A stretch of DNA of 24,482 nt from Sulfolobales archaeon (GTDB taxonomy: Archaea; Thermoproteota; Thermoprotei_A; Sulfolobales; NBVN01). The translations under genes were made by a program, and so were the position numbers. Location of the stretch: NCBI GenBank assembly GCA_038841535.1, contig JAWBTQ010000018.1, positions 1 to 24,482 of the forward strand, in the 5' to 3' direction. The notes beneath the pieces are model-generated. The model saw nothing but the letters and a program-made list of their open reading frames with translations. It did not search any database and was not told the origin of the DNA. Positions within the stretch are counted from its first letter, which is position 1; every line of letters starts with the position of its first letter. Below are positions 9,316 through 18,772 of the stretch, one piece after another.

Positions 9316-9320
9316 GATGC

Positions 9321-9434
9321 ATGGTCTGGGTGGTGTTCTTCATAATTGCTTGGCTCTTCGTCGTAGCCTCGTTCTATACATGGTATAAAGCAGTAGAAAA
9401 CGAAAAGAAAATTAGAGAAATAGAGAAGAGGTGA
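9321..9434 (+). CDS. 37-aa single-pass membrane microprotein (candidate NSS small subunit)
   Basis: MVWVVFFIIAWLFVVASFYTWYKAVENEKKIREIEKR. GGGTGA RBS overlaps the transporter stop codon, 5 nt before the ATG. Confidence 0.7.
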   Translation: MVWVVFFIIAWLFVVASFYTWYKAVENEKKIREIEKR

Positions 9435-9435
9435 G

Positions 9436-9549
9436 ATGATGTCTTACTTCCCCTTCGATCCTGTGCTCGTAACTATAATTTCGCTAGCGGCAACTGTGGC
9501 CTGGCTTCTTTCGGTATACTGGGCATCATCTAAAGGAGCAAAGTCTTGA
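9436..9549 (+). CDS. 36-37-aa single-pass membrane microprotein
   Basis: (M)MSYFPFDPVLVTIISLAATVAWLLSVYWASSKGAKS. GAGGTGA RBS overlaps the previous stop codon. Below the ORF-track length cutoff. Confidence 0.65.
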   Translation: MMSYFPFDPVLVTIISLAATVAWLLSVYWASSKGAKS

Positions 9550-9604
9550 GATAGAGTAAAGGTATTCTTTTTAAATATAGCTATTTCTATCTCGCATTTT
9601 ATCG

Positions 9605-9640
9605 TTGAAGATTTCAATAACTTTTTTTGTTTTTAAGCAC
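9605..9640 (+). promoter_or_regulatory. Candidate operator palindrome plus TATA box for the racemase-family gene (the T-tract may also terminate the upstream operon)
   Basis: TTGAA-GAT-TTCAA at 9605-9617. TTTTAAG at 9631-9637, about 20-25 nt before ATG 9658, which has no clear RBS. Confidence 0.35.
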
Positions 9641-9657
9641 GTATTATTGGCGTAATC

Positions 9658-10644
9658 ATGAAGTCTTTGAGTTTTGTTGAGGTACACAACGCTGGAATGC
9701 CTGTTAGGATAGTGTTTGCTCCAGGAGTTCCAGGTAGCGACATGATGGAGAAAAAGGCTTACTGCGAGAAAAACTTAGACTGGATCCGCAAGCTGCTAAC
9801 GTATGAACCGAGAGCTTCGAGCAGTTCTTACGGAGTTCTCGTAACTAACCCTGCCAGTAGCGAGGCTCACATTGGTGCTCTCTTTTTTGACTCAAGTGGT
9901 TGGCACGATATGTGTGGACACGCCTCTATGGGTTTGGCTTGCTACCTAGTTAGGAGTGGGCTAGTCAGCCACGCTAACGTAGCTATGGAAATCCGCTTGG
10001 AGACTCCGGTCGGTATAGTAAAGCTGTCTGTTGATCCCTCCGGTAAGGTCACTCTAGTCAACGTGCCATCATTCGTTGTAGGAGACATTAGAGTTAGGTC
10101 AGCTAAGTTCGGCAACCTCACTGTCCACCTAGCGTTCGGTGGTAACCTATACGGCATCGTAGACCTTGACGAACTCGGAATTAAATGGGATTCGGTCACT
10201 ATAAAGGAGCTGGCTGAGCTATCTGGAGAACTCTGGAGTAGCGTATCAGAGAGTGCTAAGAGCCTATGTCCGTACGAGCTCTACGGATTTCGGTTCTCTA
10301 AGAACATCTCTCTCAAACCACCAAGATACTACGGGATACTGGTCTTCGGAAACCCGCAGAGGCCCCTCCTAGATAGATCACCCTCAGGAACAGGTTCTTC
10401 AGCCCACCTAGCATATCTTTACAGCAGTGGTGTTGTGAGAAGAATGGAGTTTGTAGAGTTCGTTAGTGCGATAGGTACGGTGTTCTTGGGGAGGGTTGTA
10501 GGTGAGACAGTTTTTGAAAAGTGGAATGCTATAGTGCCTGAAATATCTACAGCAACTAGAGCTTGCTACATGACTGCTTACACTACGGTTGTCCTAGAGC
10601 CGGATGACCCATTAGGAGAGGGTTTTACACCACTTCTCATATAG
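9658..10644 (+). CDS. Proline racemase superfamily protein with a Cys/Ser catalytic pair
   Basis: HNAGMPVRIV, YEPR, DMCGHAS (C86), LETPVG, NVPSF, AFGGNLY, DRSPSGTG (S243) and C-terminal DDPL.EGF. Confidence 0.92.
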   Translation: MKSLSFVEVHNAGMPVRIVFAPGVPGSDMMEKKAYCEKNLDWIRKLLTYEPRASSSSYGVLVTNPASSEAHIGALFFDSSGWHDMCGHASMGLACYLVRSGLVSHANVAMEIRLETPVGIVKLSVDPSGKVTLVNVPSFVVGDIRVRSAKFGNLTVHLAFGGNLYGIVDLDELGIKWDSVTIKELAELSGELWSSVSESAKSLCPYELYGFRFSKNISLKPPRYYGILVFGNPQRPLLDRSPSGTGSSAHLAYLYSSGVVRRMEFVEFVSAIGTVFLGRVVGETVFEKWNAIVPEISTATRACYMTAYTTVVLEPDDPLGEGFTPLLI

Positions 10645-10961
10645 TTAAATAGGTAAGCAGCAACTTAAACAGTGCGCTGCTAAGGGCTCTCTTTTACCTC
10701 TGCTTTGCCTACTACTTTGCTCTATTGCTTTTTCTCTTAGTAAAACCAGAGGTAATGTTGAGAGTTTTGGGTTGCTCTAACGTTTCCGAACTCGCCAAGT
10801 TCGTTTCTTCCATATTATCATTATTATCACTTAGCCATAATTACTGAACACATTGCGTATAATGGCTTTCTTTCTCTGAAAAAGCATTTGATGTAAAACA
10901 CTAAACCTTTGAAACGATTTATACCATTTAACATTTAAATACTCAATGCCGCCTTATAGAG

Positions 10962-12884
10962 GTGGTGGCGCCTTTGAAGCACACCACATCAAGTCTAGAG
11001 AGGGCTCTACCCATACTTATAGCTGTCCTAATTATTAGTTCGGCCGTAACCTACATGTACTCTGGAGAGAGTGCTAGGGCTCTCAGAATAACGGCTGAAA
11101 CTTATGATAGATGGATAAAGCCCTGTACATGCTACGGAGGTACACTTAGGGTAGCGCTTCCAAGCGATATAACGACCCTTAATTGGTGGATTGCGGGGGC
11201 TTCATGGGATCTGCTAACTCTAGACCTTATCTACGATAGACCCCTAAGGATAGTTAACGGGACTTTAACGTGGGAGGTTGCCGAATGGCTTGAGTATAGC
11301 TCTGACTACCTTGTTCTAACCATGGGCATTAAGAAGGGCATTAAGTTCCACGACGGAGTCGAGCTGACGGCTGAAGACGTAGCTTTCACGATTAACGTAT
11401 TAGCTAATAAGACGTGGACTTACTATCACGGCTACTTTACCTCCGTTAACAGGGCTGAAGCTATCGATAAGTACACCCTAAAGATAGTCTTCAATCAGCC
11501 TGATTCTCAGTTCATACTTAACTCGCTAACAGTCGTTAGAATAATGCCTAAGCACGTGTGGGAACCGCTCCTGAGCTCTATGGGTGACGAGCTCTCTAAA
11601 TACTCACCTAAGCCAACAGAGCTTATAGGTAGTGGTCCCTTTAAGTTTGTTGAGAGAGTAGCTGGTCAATACATAAAGTTCACCGTAAATGAGGGTTACT
11701 GGATGGGTAGATCCTGTATTGACGAAATACTTCTCATACCGATTACTGACGTAAGCATAGTCATACTAGGGATTCAGAGAGGTGACTTAGACGTATACGC
11801 CTGGGGTGTAGATGCTGCCGTCGTCCCTACACTCCTCGCAAACCCGAATGTTGGGATACACGTTTATACGTCAGAGTTCTTCTACCATTGGGGTCTGAAC
11901 AACCTCGTTTGGCCGCTCAACGTATCTAAGTTCAGACTAGCTCTCTCTTACGCAGTTAACCGCGATGCTATAGTTAGAGACATACTACTAGGTTACGGCC
12001 TCCCTGGCAGTCCAGGTGTTGTAGCTCCCGTAGGTTCGTGCGCTCCCTGGTATAACCCGAACATAGAGAAACTAGTTTACTATGACCCAAAGAAAGCGAG
12101 CGAGATACTCGATGAGGTAGGCTTTACAGACAAAGACGGCGATGGGTGGCGCGATGGACCTAATGGTGAACAAGTAGTTGTAGAAATATACTCCCCAACA
12201 GCAGGCTACGACCCGATAAGAGCGAGAGCTGCCGAGTTCATTAAGTCAGACCTAGAGAAGATCAAGGTTAAGGCAGTAGTTTACTACTACGAGTGGGCCG
12301 CTCTCTGGCCACTGATTAGAGAGGGAAAGGTTATGTCTTGGCTCCTAGGTAGCGGCTGGTCTCCAGATATAGGCTGGCTTAACTTCAGGTTTAGAAGTAG
12401 ACCGGAGGGTGCCGGAAACTGGGCTAGGTACTCGAACCCGGAGGTAGACGCCTTAATAATAGAGCTACTCAGCACGTTTGACTTCGAGAAGCGAAAGGAG
12501 CTTGCTTGGAAAATACAGGAGAAGATAGCTCTCGATGCTCCCGTCATAAATCTTTACTACAGGTCTTACCCGAACCCGTACAGAACGGATAAGTTCGAGG
12601 GCTGGTTCTACGACACATCAGACAGCGTCTTCAACAGAATAACTATACTCAGGCTTGGTCTAAAGACGGCTGTGTGTCCATCACCGGTCACCCCCACTCC
12701 AACACCTACACCCACCCCCACTCCCACGCCTACTCCAACCGTAGCTACGGTGACAGTGACTAGAAGCTTAACTGTAACAGTAACGCTAACACCTACCGCT
12801 GATTACACCTGGGTTGCTATACCAGTAGTGCTTATCGTTGTAGTAGCTATTGCTATCGCCCTACTATTGACAAGAAGGAGGTAG
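10962..12884 (+). CDS. Oligopeptide/dipeptide ABC transporter substrate-binding protein (SBP family 5), membrane-anchored
   Basis: KFHDGVELTAEDVAFT, IGSGPFKF, AVNRDAIV and NWARYSNPEVDALI motifs. N-terminal hydrophobic signal, PT/T-rich linker, C-terminal TM helix ending in RRR. Confidence 0.93.
   Translation: MVAPLKHTTSSLERALPILIAVLIISSAVTYMYSGESARALRITAETYDRWIKPCTCYGGTLRVALPSDITTLNWWIAGASWDLLTLDLIYDRPLRIVNGTLTWEVAEWLEYSSDYLVLTMGIKKGIKFHDGVELTAEDVAFTINVLANKTWTYYHGYFTSVNRAEAIDKYTLKIVFNQPDSQFILNSLTVVRIMPKHVWEPLLSSMGDELSKYSPKPTELIGSGPFKFVERVAGQYIKFTVNEGYWMGRSCIDEILLIPITDVSIVILGIQRGDLDVYAWGVDAAVVPTLLANPNVGIHVYTSEFFYHWGLNNLVWPLNVSKFRLALSYAVNRDAIVRDILLGYGLPGSPGVVAPVGSCAPWYNPNIEKLVYYDPKKASEILDEVGFTDKDGDGWRDGPNGEQVVVEIYSPTAGYDPIRARAAEFIKSDLEKIKVKAVVYYYEWAALWPLIREGKVMSWLLGSGWSPDIGWLNFRFRSRPEGAGNWARYSNPEVDALIIELLSTFDFEKRKELAWKIQEKIALDAPVINLYYRSYPNPYRTDKFEGWFYDTSDSVFNRITILRLGLKTAVCPSPVTPTPTPTPTPTPTPTPTVATVTVTRSLTVTVTLTPTADYTWVAIPVVLIVVVAIAIALLLTRRR
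12690..12740 (+). repeat. T(PT)8 coding repeat (linker of the binding protein)
   Basis: 17 alternating Thr/Pro codons with varied third positions. Confidence 0.9.
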
Positions 12885-12907
12885 CTCGCTCCAAGCGGGG
12901 TTTAAAC

Positions 12908-13873
12908 TTGAAGGCCTTTTTAGTTAGGAGAGCTTTTTCCTCTATTATAACCTTCATAGCAATTATAACGATAGTGTTTCTTCTAGCTAGAATGACTGGC
13001 GACCCGCTCGCAGAGCTAGAGAATGATCCGAGGATCTCTCCAGCAACTATAGCCGCGATTAAAGCATCATTTGGGTTGGATAAACCTCTCTACCATCAAT
13101 ACTTGAGCTACTTACTGAACCTGTTTAAGGGTGACTTTGGCTACTCTTTTCACTATAAGGAGCCCGTCATGAGCGTAATAATCCAAAAATTGCCCTATAC
13201 ACTAGCTCTCCTAGTTCCCTCAATAACACTATCCAACTACCTAGCTTACTTAATTGGAATCGAAATTGGGTGGCGAAGAGGGAGTAAGCTAGACTCAGTG
13301 TTCATGAGTATCTCAATGTTCATTAGGTCCACTCCCTACTTCTGGCTAGCAATAGTGTTCCTCTACATATTCTCTGTGGTACTAGGAGTTACACCACTCT
13401 TCGGTGCCGTAACCCCGGGTAAGAGATTTGAGTGGTCTCCGGATTGGTTGGCAGACTATATCTGGCACTACATACTACCATTTACTGTCTTGACTTTGAG
13501 AGGGTTTTTAGCGGAACTAATATACGTTAGAAACGTTACTGTAGATGTTCTAGCCGAAGACTTTGTCGTGACGGCCGTAGCTAAAGGGCTCCCGGACAAG
13601 TATGTAAAGAGAAGGTATGTAGCTAGAAATGCCATGCTACCCATAGTGACAGTGCTAGGAATGAGGTACGCGTTTATCATAGATGGAGCTATACTGACTG
13701 AGACAGTGTTTTCGTATCCGGGCACTGGTAGGCTAGTTTATGAAGCGATATTCAATAGAGATTTTTGGCTACTCCAGGGAGCTGTAGTAATAATAGCTGC
13801 CAGCGTTATCATCGTGAACTTCGTCATAGACGTACTATACTCGTACCTAGACCCTAGGGTGAGGTATAGATGA
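12908..13873 (+). CDS. Peptide ABC transporter permease (OppB/DppB-like)
   Basis: GDP, FGLDKPLYHQY, GDFGYS, EDFVVTAVAKGL, RNAMLP and TETVFSYPGTG motifs. Confidence 0.93.
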   Translation: MKAFLVRRAFSSIITFIAIITIVFLLARMTGDPLAELENDPRISPATIAAIKASFGLDKPLYHQYLSYLLNLFKGDFGYSFHYKEPVMSVIIQKLPYTLALLVPSITLSNYLAYLIGIEIGWRRGSKLDSVFMSISMFIRSTPYFWLAIVFLYIFSVVLGVTPLFGAVTPGKRFEWSPDWLADYIWHYILPFTVLTLRGFLAELIYVRNVTVDVLAEDFVVTAVAKGLPDKYVKRRYVARNAMLPIVTVLGMRYAFIIDGAILTETVFSYPGTGRLVYEAIFNRDFWLLQGAVVIIAASVIIVNFVIDVLYSYLDPRVRYR

Positions 13874-14757
13874 AGTCTGCTCGAGTTCTGAGCTTAAAGA
13901 GCAAGCTGAGGGAGTTTTGGTCTGTATATAAGAGAGATAAAGCCGCCGTTGTAGGACTAGTCATCTTCCTTATTATACTAGCTATCGCCGTATTTGCAGA
14001 CTACATAGCACCTTACAATCCCTACCAGAGAGTAGGACCTCCGTACCAAAGACCAAGCTGGAAACACATTCTCGGAACAAACGACATTGGGCAAGACATC
14101 TTCAGTGAAGTAATCTACGGCACTAGGGCGTCCCTCTTTATAGGCTTTCTAGCTGCTATTAGTGGGACTGTGCTAGGTACTTTAGTAGGCCTAGTTGCCG
14201 GCTACCATGGAGGAAAGACCGACGAGATATTAATGAGGGTCACGGATATATGGCTATCTATCCCAACTCTGCTGTTCTCAGTATTCCTAGTAGCAGTTAT
14301 CATTAGGACCGGTGGAATCCCGATGTTCTACTCGGTTATACTGGCAATAGCGCTGACTTCCTGGCCTCCGGTAGCTAGACTAGTTAGATCTGCTACCTTA
14401 TCTATTAAGGAGAGGCCATACATTGAGTCGGCAATAGCTCTCGGTTCTTCAGCTACGAGGATAATGTTCCGACACATTATACCTAACGTAGCACCAATCA
14501 TCCTCGTAGAGGTTGTCGTTAGAACAGCTATGGCTATGCTCACGGAAGCCTCACTCAGCTTCCTCGGGCTAGGGGACCCTACTATCAAGAGCTGGGGAAC
14601 AGTGCTTCACTTCGCCATGATCAAGAATGCCCTAATACTAGGTCTATGGTGGTGGTTCTTACCCCCAGGAATTATGATAGCAGTAACAGTCATGTCGGTG
14701 ATGATGATCGGTAGGGGGTTAGAGATATACTTTAACCCGCGGTTAAGGAAGTATTAA
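13870..14757 (+). CDS. Peptide ABC transporter permease (OppC/DppC-like)
   Basis: PSWKHILGTNDIGQDIFS, YGTRASL, ARLVRS, YIESAIALG and EASLSFLGLGDP motifs. ATGA overlap with the upstream permease. Confidence 0.93.
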   Translation: MKSARVLSLKSKLREFWSVYKRDKAAVVGLVIFLIILAIAVFADYIAPYNPYQRVGPPYQRPSWKHILGTNDIGQDIFSEVIYGTRASLFIGFLAAISGTVLGTLVGLVAGYHGGKTDEILMRVTDIWLSIPTLLFSVFLVAVIIRTGGIPMFYSVILAIALTSWPPVARLVRSATLSIKERPYIESAIALGSSATRIMFRHIIPNVAPIILVEVVVRTAMAMLTEASLSFLGLGDPTIKSWGTVLHFAMIKNALILGLWWWFLPPGIMIAVTVMSVMMIGRGLEIYFNPRLRKY

Positions 14758-14823
14758 AGACCCTCTCAACAGATTTAGATTTTTGTCCAGCTTAAATCTT
14801 AATCTTCTTCGTTAATTATTTGG

Positions 14824-15560
14824 GTGCCCGAGTGTGAGCATACTGGAGTAGTCTCAGCAGCAGCATTTAGAGTTTACGGATTTCAACTACACACATCTCT
14901 TACTGCCGGGGTGATAGTAGGATTAGCTGTAGGGGCAGTTAATGGGTTGCTGGTAACTAAAGCAAGAATCTCGTCTTTCGTTGCTACACTTGCTTCTCTA
15001 GTAGCGGGTAGAGGACTCATATTAGTGTTAACTGAGGGACAACCCATCGTAGGACTCTCGCCGTATAGAGTACTTACCATAGAGCTCGCCGGGGTACCGG
15101 TTATGGTGTGGCTATTCATAGCGTTTGGAGCAATAAACTACGTACTACTTAAAAGGACTTCTGTAGGTTTACTGACGTATGCGATCGGAGGTAACGAAGA
15201 AGCCGTTAGATACTCTGGTGTTAGAGTCGATGTAGTTAAGCTAGTAAACTTCTCACTAGCCGGAGGTTACTACGCTATTGCCGGGCTAATGATGAGCGCT
15301 AGACTAGAGGTAGCCTATCCGCGACCGGGTGGGGTTACGAACTCGACGCTATAGCTTCATGTGTTCTAGGGGGCATAATGCTGTCAGGAGGTGTCGTCAA
15401 CCCTCTCGGACCTGTCGTTGGAGCATACATGCTAACGCTATTGACAAACATCTTGATACTCCTTGGAGTAAACCCTTACCTTCAGTGGATTGGAAAAGGT
15501 GTGGTCCTGGTAACGGCTGCTGTAGCATTGACGAGAGGAGTTAGATACGCTATACGCTAA
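14824..15560 (+). pseudogene. 5'-truncated, frameshifted sugar ABC (CUT2, RbsC-like) permease
   Basis: GAVNGLLVTK.RISSFVATL and YAIGGNEEAVRYSGV in one frame. After a 1-nt deletion near 15320 (TAT CC- GCG ACC GGG TGG) the protein continues as TGWGYELDAIASCVLGG...LGVNPYLQ..KG in another frame. The N-terminal region, including the GxIDLSV motif, is absent. Confidence 0.85.
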
Positions 15561-16076
15561 GTAGGGGTTCAGCTCCTGTTTACTTGGGTTCAATCAATCA
15601 CTCTGGCCACTTTTCACATTGTATTAAAGATCTCACCGGACTCAGGAACCTCAAAAGTAGCCTAGCGCATGTAGCATCTCAAAGAGCTCTTCAGCACTAA
15701 GCAAACAAGCTTTCCACGAAGGTTATACCGACGGGTATCTACCAGTACGTAACCCAAGGCACAATATGAGGACGGACTAGCTATTCCTGTTCTACAAATA
15801 GTACCTACAGAGCACAGCCGAGGGCAACAGCTTCCTAGCTAGTGATAACAGTTAAGGGTTAGGCTCTTCGTTTTTCCGTAAAACAGTAATCTCAGAGAAC
15901 AGGCACGGTCGATTCCATGTCCTAAAGTGCCCCGGCAGCTTAGAATCTTAGTTTCAGGGCAACAGGTGCTTCCCAAGCTAACGACACAGAGCATATAAGT
16001 AGAGATGTATAGAGTCTATCAGCCGATCTGCCTAGTACGAGTTATAAGTTACGGGAGTTCGACTCTGAGTTAAAAA

Positions 16077-17390
16077 TCAATTATTACCTAGTTTCCTCTT
16101 TAAGACCTTTCCCTCCTTTATAACTAAGACTATGTTGTTAGGGTCTAATAGCGTATTTATGTTGTCGAGGGGATTTCCTTTGATTGCTACGATGTCTGCA
16201 TACTTTCCTTTTTCTAGAGTTCCTACTTTATTTTGAAGCCCCGCTACTTCAGCCGCATTGCGCGTAGCGGCTACTAAGGCATCAGCTGGTTTCATTCCAA
16301 TTCTCTCGACAAGCATTTTGATCTCGAGAGAGTTTTCACCATGCCTGAAGGGCCCGCCTATGAAGTCTGAGCCTGCAGAAATCTTTACACCACTTCTATA
16401 TGCTTTTCTAATATTCTCGCAGTGCACCTTAAACACTTCCTCTGCTTTCTTAAGTCCCCACTCAGGATACCCAGCCTTCGATCCTTCCTCGAGTATCTTA
16501 TGGTACGTAATCGTCGTCGGAACCAATATTACCTCTTTCTCCACTGCGAGTCGTATTCCTTCATCGTCTATAAACGATGCATGAGCTATGACCTTTACAC
16601 CTGCTAGAATAGAGTTTTTAATACCTAGCTCTGAGTACGAGTGAGCATGCACGAAGGTTCCTACAGCCCTAGCCTCCTCAACGATAGCCCTAATCTCCTC
16701 TAGGGAGAACTGTCTAAACTCTGGTCTATCCCTTTGAGAAAGAACTCCACCAGAAGCCATGATCTTTATGAAGTCAGCACCCTCCCTCAGGACGTACCTG
16801 GCGGCTTTACGGCATTCATCAACGCCATCACATATTAACCCGGCAAACGGAGATACTAGCTTCTTTGTTGTTCTAACATCAACCCACTCAACGGGTACAT
16901 AGTGGATGTCCCCGTGACCGAAAGTTTGAGTTAGAGGTGGACCGGCAGCAACAATCCTAGGACCTACTACTGTACCTTCATCTACAGCGTACTTAAGCCT
17001 GAGGCCTATGATACCGCAAGCGTCAACAAACGTAGTGTATCCAGCATTAACTAGTGCTTCCAGGTCTCTTGCTGCCCTTAAAAGAAGCAACTCGTAAGGC
17101 GTCAGCAGAGGCTCCTTAACAAAGTCTCCTGTTCTACAGCCAGAGAGATGAGCATGAGCGTCTATGAGCCCAGGCATAGTGAAGCTGCCTTTAAGATCTA
17201 AGACTTCAGCCTCGTTAGGCATTTCGACATATCCTCTAGTACCTACATCAATAATCACTCCATTCCTTATTACAATCACTCCATTCTCTATGACCCCTAG
17301 GTCAGATGCCGTGAATAGTCTAGCATTGACTATTGTGAGAATCTTGTCTTCTCTAGTAGCTTGAGTCACGGCGTATCTCCTTAGCTTCAC
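16077..17390 (-). CDS. Metal-dependent amidohydrolase (Xaa-Pro dipeptidase/prolidase-like subgroup)
   Basis: MPGLIDAHAH, GADFIKIMASGG (putative carboxylated Lys), VHAH, IAHAS, AGSD and GTLEKGKYADIV. Confidence 0.9.
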   Translation of the reverse strand: MKLRRYAVTQATREDKILTIVNARLFTASDLGVIENGVIVIRNGVIIDVGTRGYVEMPNEAEVLDLKGSFTMPGLIDAHAHLSGCRTGDFVKEPLLTPYELLLLRAARDLEALVNAGYTTFVDACGIIGLRLKYAVDEGTVVGPRIVAAGPPLTQTFGHGDIHYVPVEWVDVRTTKKLVSPFAGLICDGVDECRKAARYVLREGADFIKIMASGGVLSQRDRPEFRQFSLEEIRAIVEEARAVGTFVHAHSYSELGIKNSILAGVKVIAHASFIDDEGIRLAVEKEVILVPTTITYHKILEEGSKAGYPEWGLKKAEEVFKVHCENIRKAYRSGVKISAGSDFIGGPFRHGENSLEIKMLVERIGMKPADALVAATRNAAEVAGLQNKVGTLEKGKYADIVAIKGNPLDNINTLLDPNNIVLVIKEGKVLKRKLGNN

Positions 17391-18772
17391 TTACTATTTT
17401 CTTTACTTTTTGTTAGTAGCGATAGTGCTAGTAGTACCGCAAAAGCTATTGGTGCTGAGACTAGTGCTGCATGTATTCCGCCAGGCTTTGCTAATACAAC
17501 ATCCCAAATCACTGTCAAGGCCGCACCTACAACAAGACCCGCTATCCCACCTATTCTAGTAACTCTCTTTCCCAACAGCACTACGCTGAGAAGTACTACG
17601 GTTATGGCAGCTCCGTACATGGTGTACGAGTACATCTGTATTGCGAGAACAGATGGGAAGTACATGCCTAAAACGTATGCTACTACCGCAAAGATGGCTA
17701 TGAAAGCCCTAGTTACAGTGAAAATCTCTCTATCGCTAGCCGCCGGTCTAAACAGCCTTTTATATATGTCTACGGCAGCGCAGGTTGAAGCCGTCAGCAG
17801 GTAAGAGTTTCCGGTAGTTATGATAAAGCCCGCGACTCCCGCTAGGAATACAGCTCCTAGGACATCAGGCATCTTAGTCGACCATATGAGAACCGACATG
17901 CCCGCAGGTATGCTGAAAGCTGCCCTAGAGAAGAAGGCTACTAAAGAAACGAGAGGACCAACGATCAATGCAGCAGTAAGCCACATAATCATAGCTCTCT
18001 TGGCTACAGTATCTGCTCTTGCGGCAGATACTCTTTGCCACATGTTCATCTCCCCAAGAAGTAGTAAGAGCAGAGGGAGGCACGTACTTACGAGAGCTGC
18101 CACAGTCATGCCACCAGTTATGGTTAAGTGCGTTGGTGGAACTTTCTCCACTGCCGAAGAGAATCCACCAACATATGAAGCAGCTGTCGCAACACCTATA
18201 ACTAAGCTTAGAAGCATTAAGAAGGCAGTTATAGCGTCTGTATAGGCTACTGAGACTAGCCCGCCACTAATAGCGAGTAGGGTTATTACTATAGCACCAA
18301 TTATCGTGCCGAGCTCTGTACTGATTCCCGTAGTGACATTCAGAATGTAGCCCAGACCGGTAAACTGGTACGAGACTATACCCATGTGGGCTAGTGCCAC
18401 GATTACAGCGGCTATACTCCTTCCCTCAGGTCCCAGTCTGGATTCGATTATTTCCGGCACGGTATACTTGTAAGTACCCCTTATTCTAGGGACTAGGAAG
18501 TAGAGTAGAGCTATGCCTACAGGCGGCATGAGCATGAACAATATAGCGGGGCCTAAGCCGTAGAGATAGCCTAATGACGCAGGTCCTCCAATAACGGTAC
18601 CCGAACCGAACCATGTGGCTATCAACGTGCCGCCCGCTATTAAAGCCCCAAGCCTCCTGCCAGCCATTAAGAAGTCCTCTAGAGTTCTAACACCCTTCTT
18701 AGTTTGCCATAGTCCTATGAAAATTATTAGAGTCATATAAATGATTACACCCAGGAAGAGTATGAGATTCAT
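17387..18772 (-). CDS. Sodium:solute symporter (SSS/SLC5, PutP-like)
   Basis: DFLMAGRRLG, TLIATWFGSG, YTVPE, GGLVSVAYTD, WQRVSAA and TGNSYLL. The ATG at 18772 follows an AGGTG RBS, so it is preferred over 18781. 4-bp overlap with the amidohydrolase. Confidence 0.92.
   Translation of the reverse strand: MNLILFLGVIIYMTLIIFIGLWQTKKGVRTLEDFLMAGRRLGALIAGGTLIATWFGSGTVIGGPASLGYLYGLGPAILFMLMPPVGIALLYFLVPRIRGTYKYTVPEIIESRLGPEGRSIAAVIVALAHMGIVSYQFTGLGYILNVTTGISTELGTIIGAIVITLLAISGGLVSVAYTDAITAFLMLLSLVIGVATAASYVGGFSSAVEKVPPTHLTITGGMTVAALVSTCLPLLLLLLGEMNMWQRVSAARADTVAKRAMIMWLTAALIVGPLVSLVAFFSRAAFSIPAGMSVLIWSTKMPDVLGAVFLAGVAGFIITTGNSYLLTASTCAAVDIYKRLFRPAASDREIFTVTRAFIAIFAVVAYVLGMYFPSVLAIQMYSYTMYGAAITVVLLSVVLLGKRVTRIGGIAGLVVGAALTVIWDVVLAKPGGIHAALVSAPIAFAVLLALSLLTKSKENSK

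Noticed and set aside
9192-9320. 5' part of the 80-aa ORF in the track
   Set aside because: It overlaps the transporter out of frame. The RBS-supported start is ATG 9321.
12690-12800. Repetitive DNA as a possible CRISPR array or VNTR
   Set aside because: It is a codon-degenerate Pro/Thr coding linker. No CRISPR repeat-spacer structure was seen anywhere in the window.
15329-15544. 71-aa ORF overlapping the rbsC-like relic
   Set aside because: Wrong frame. The permease homology continues in the frame of 15378-15560.
15565-16070. About 500-bp intergenic stretch (similarly 20700-21110)
   Set aside because: I could not support an ORF, tRNA, repeat array or further omegaRNA copy by eye. Possibly decayed coding DNA.
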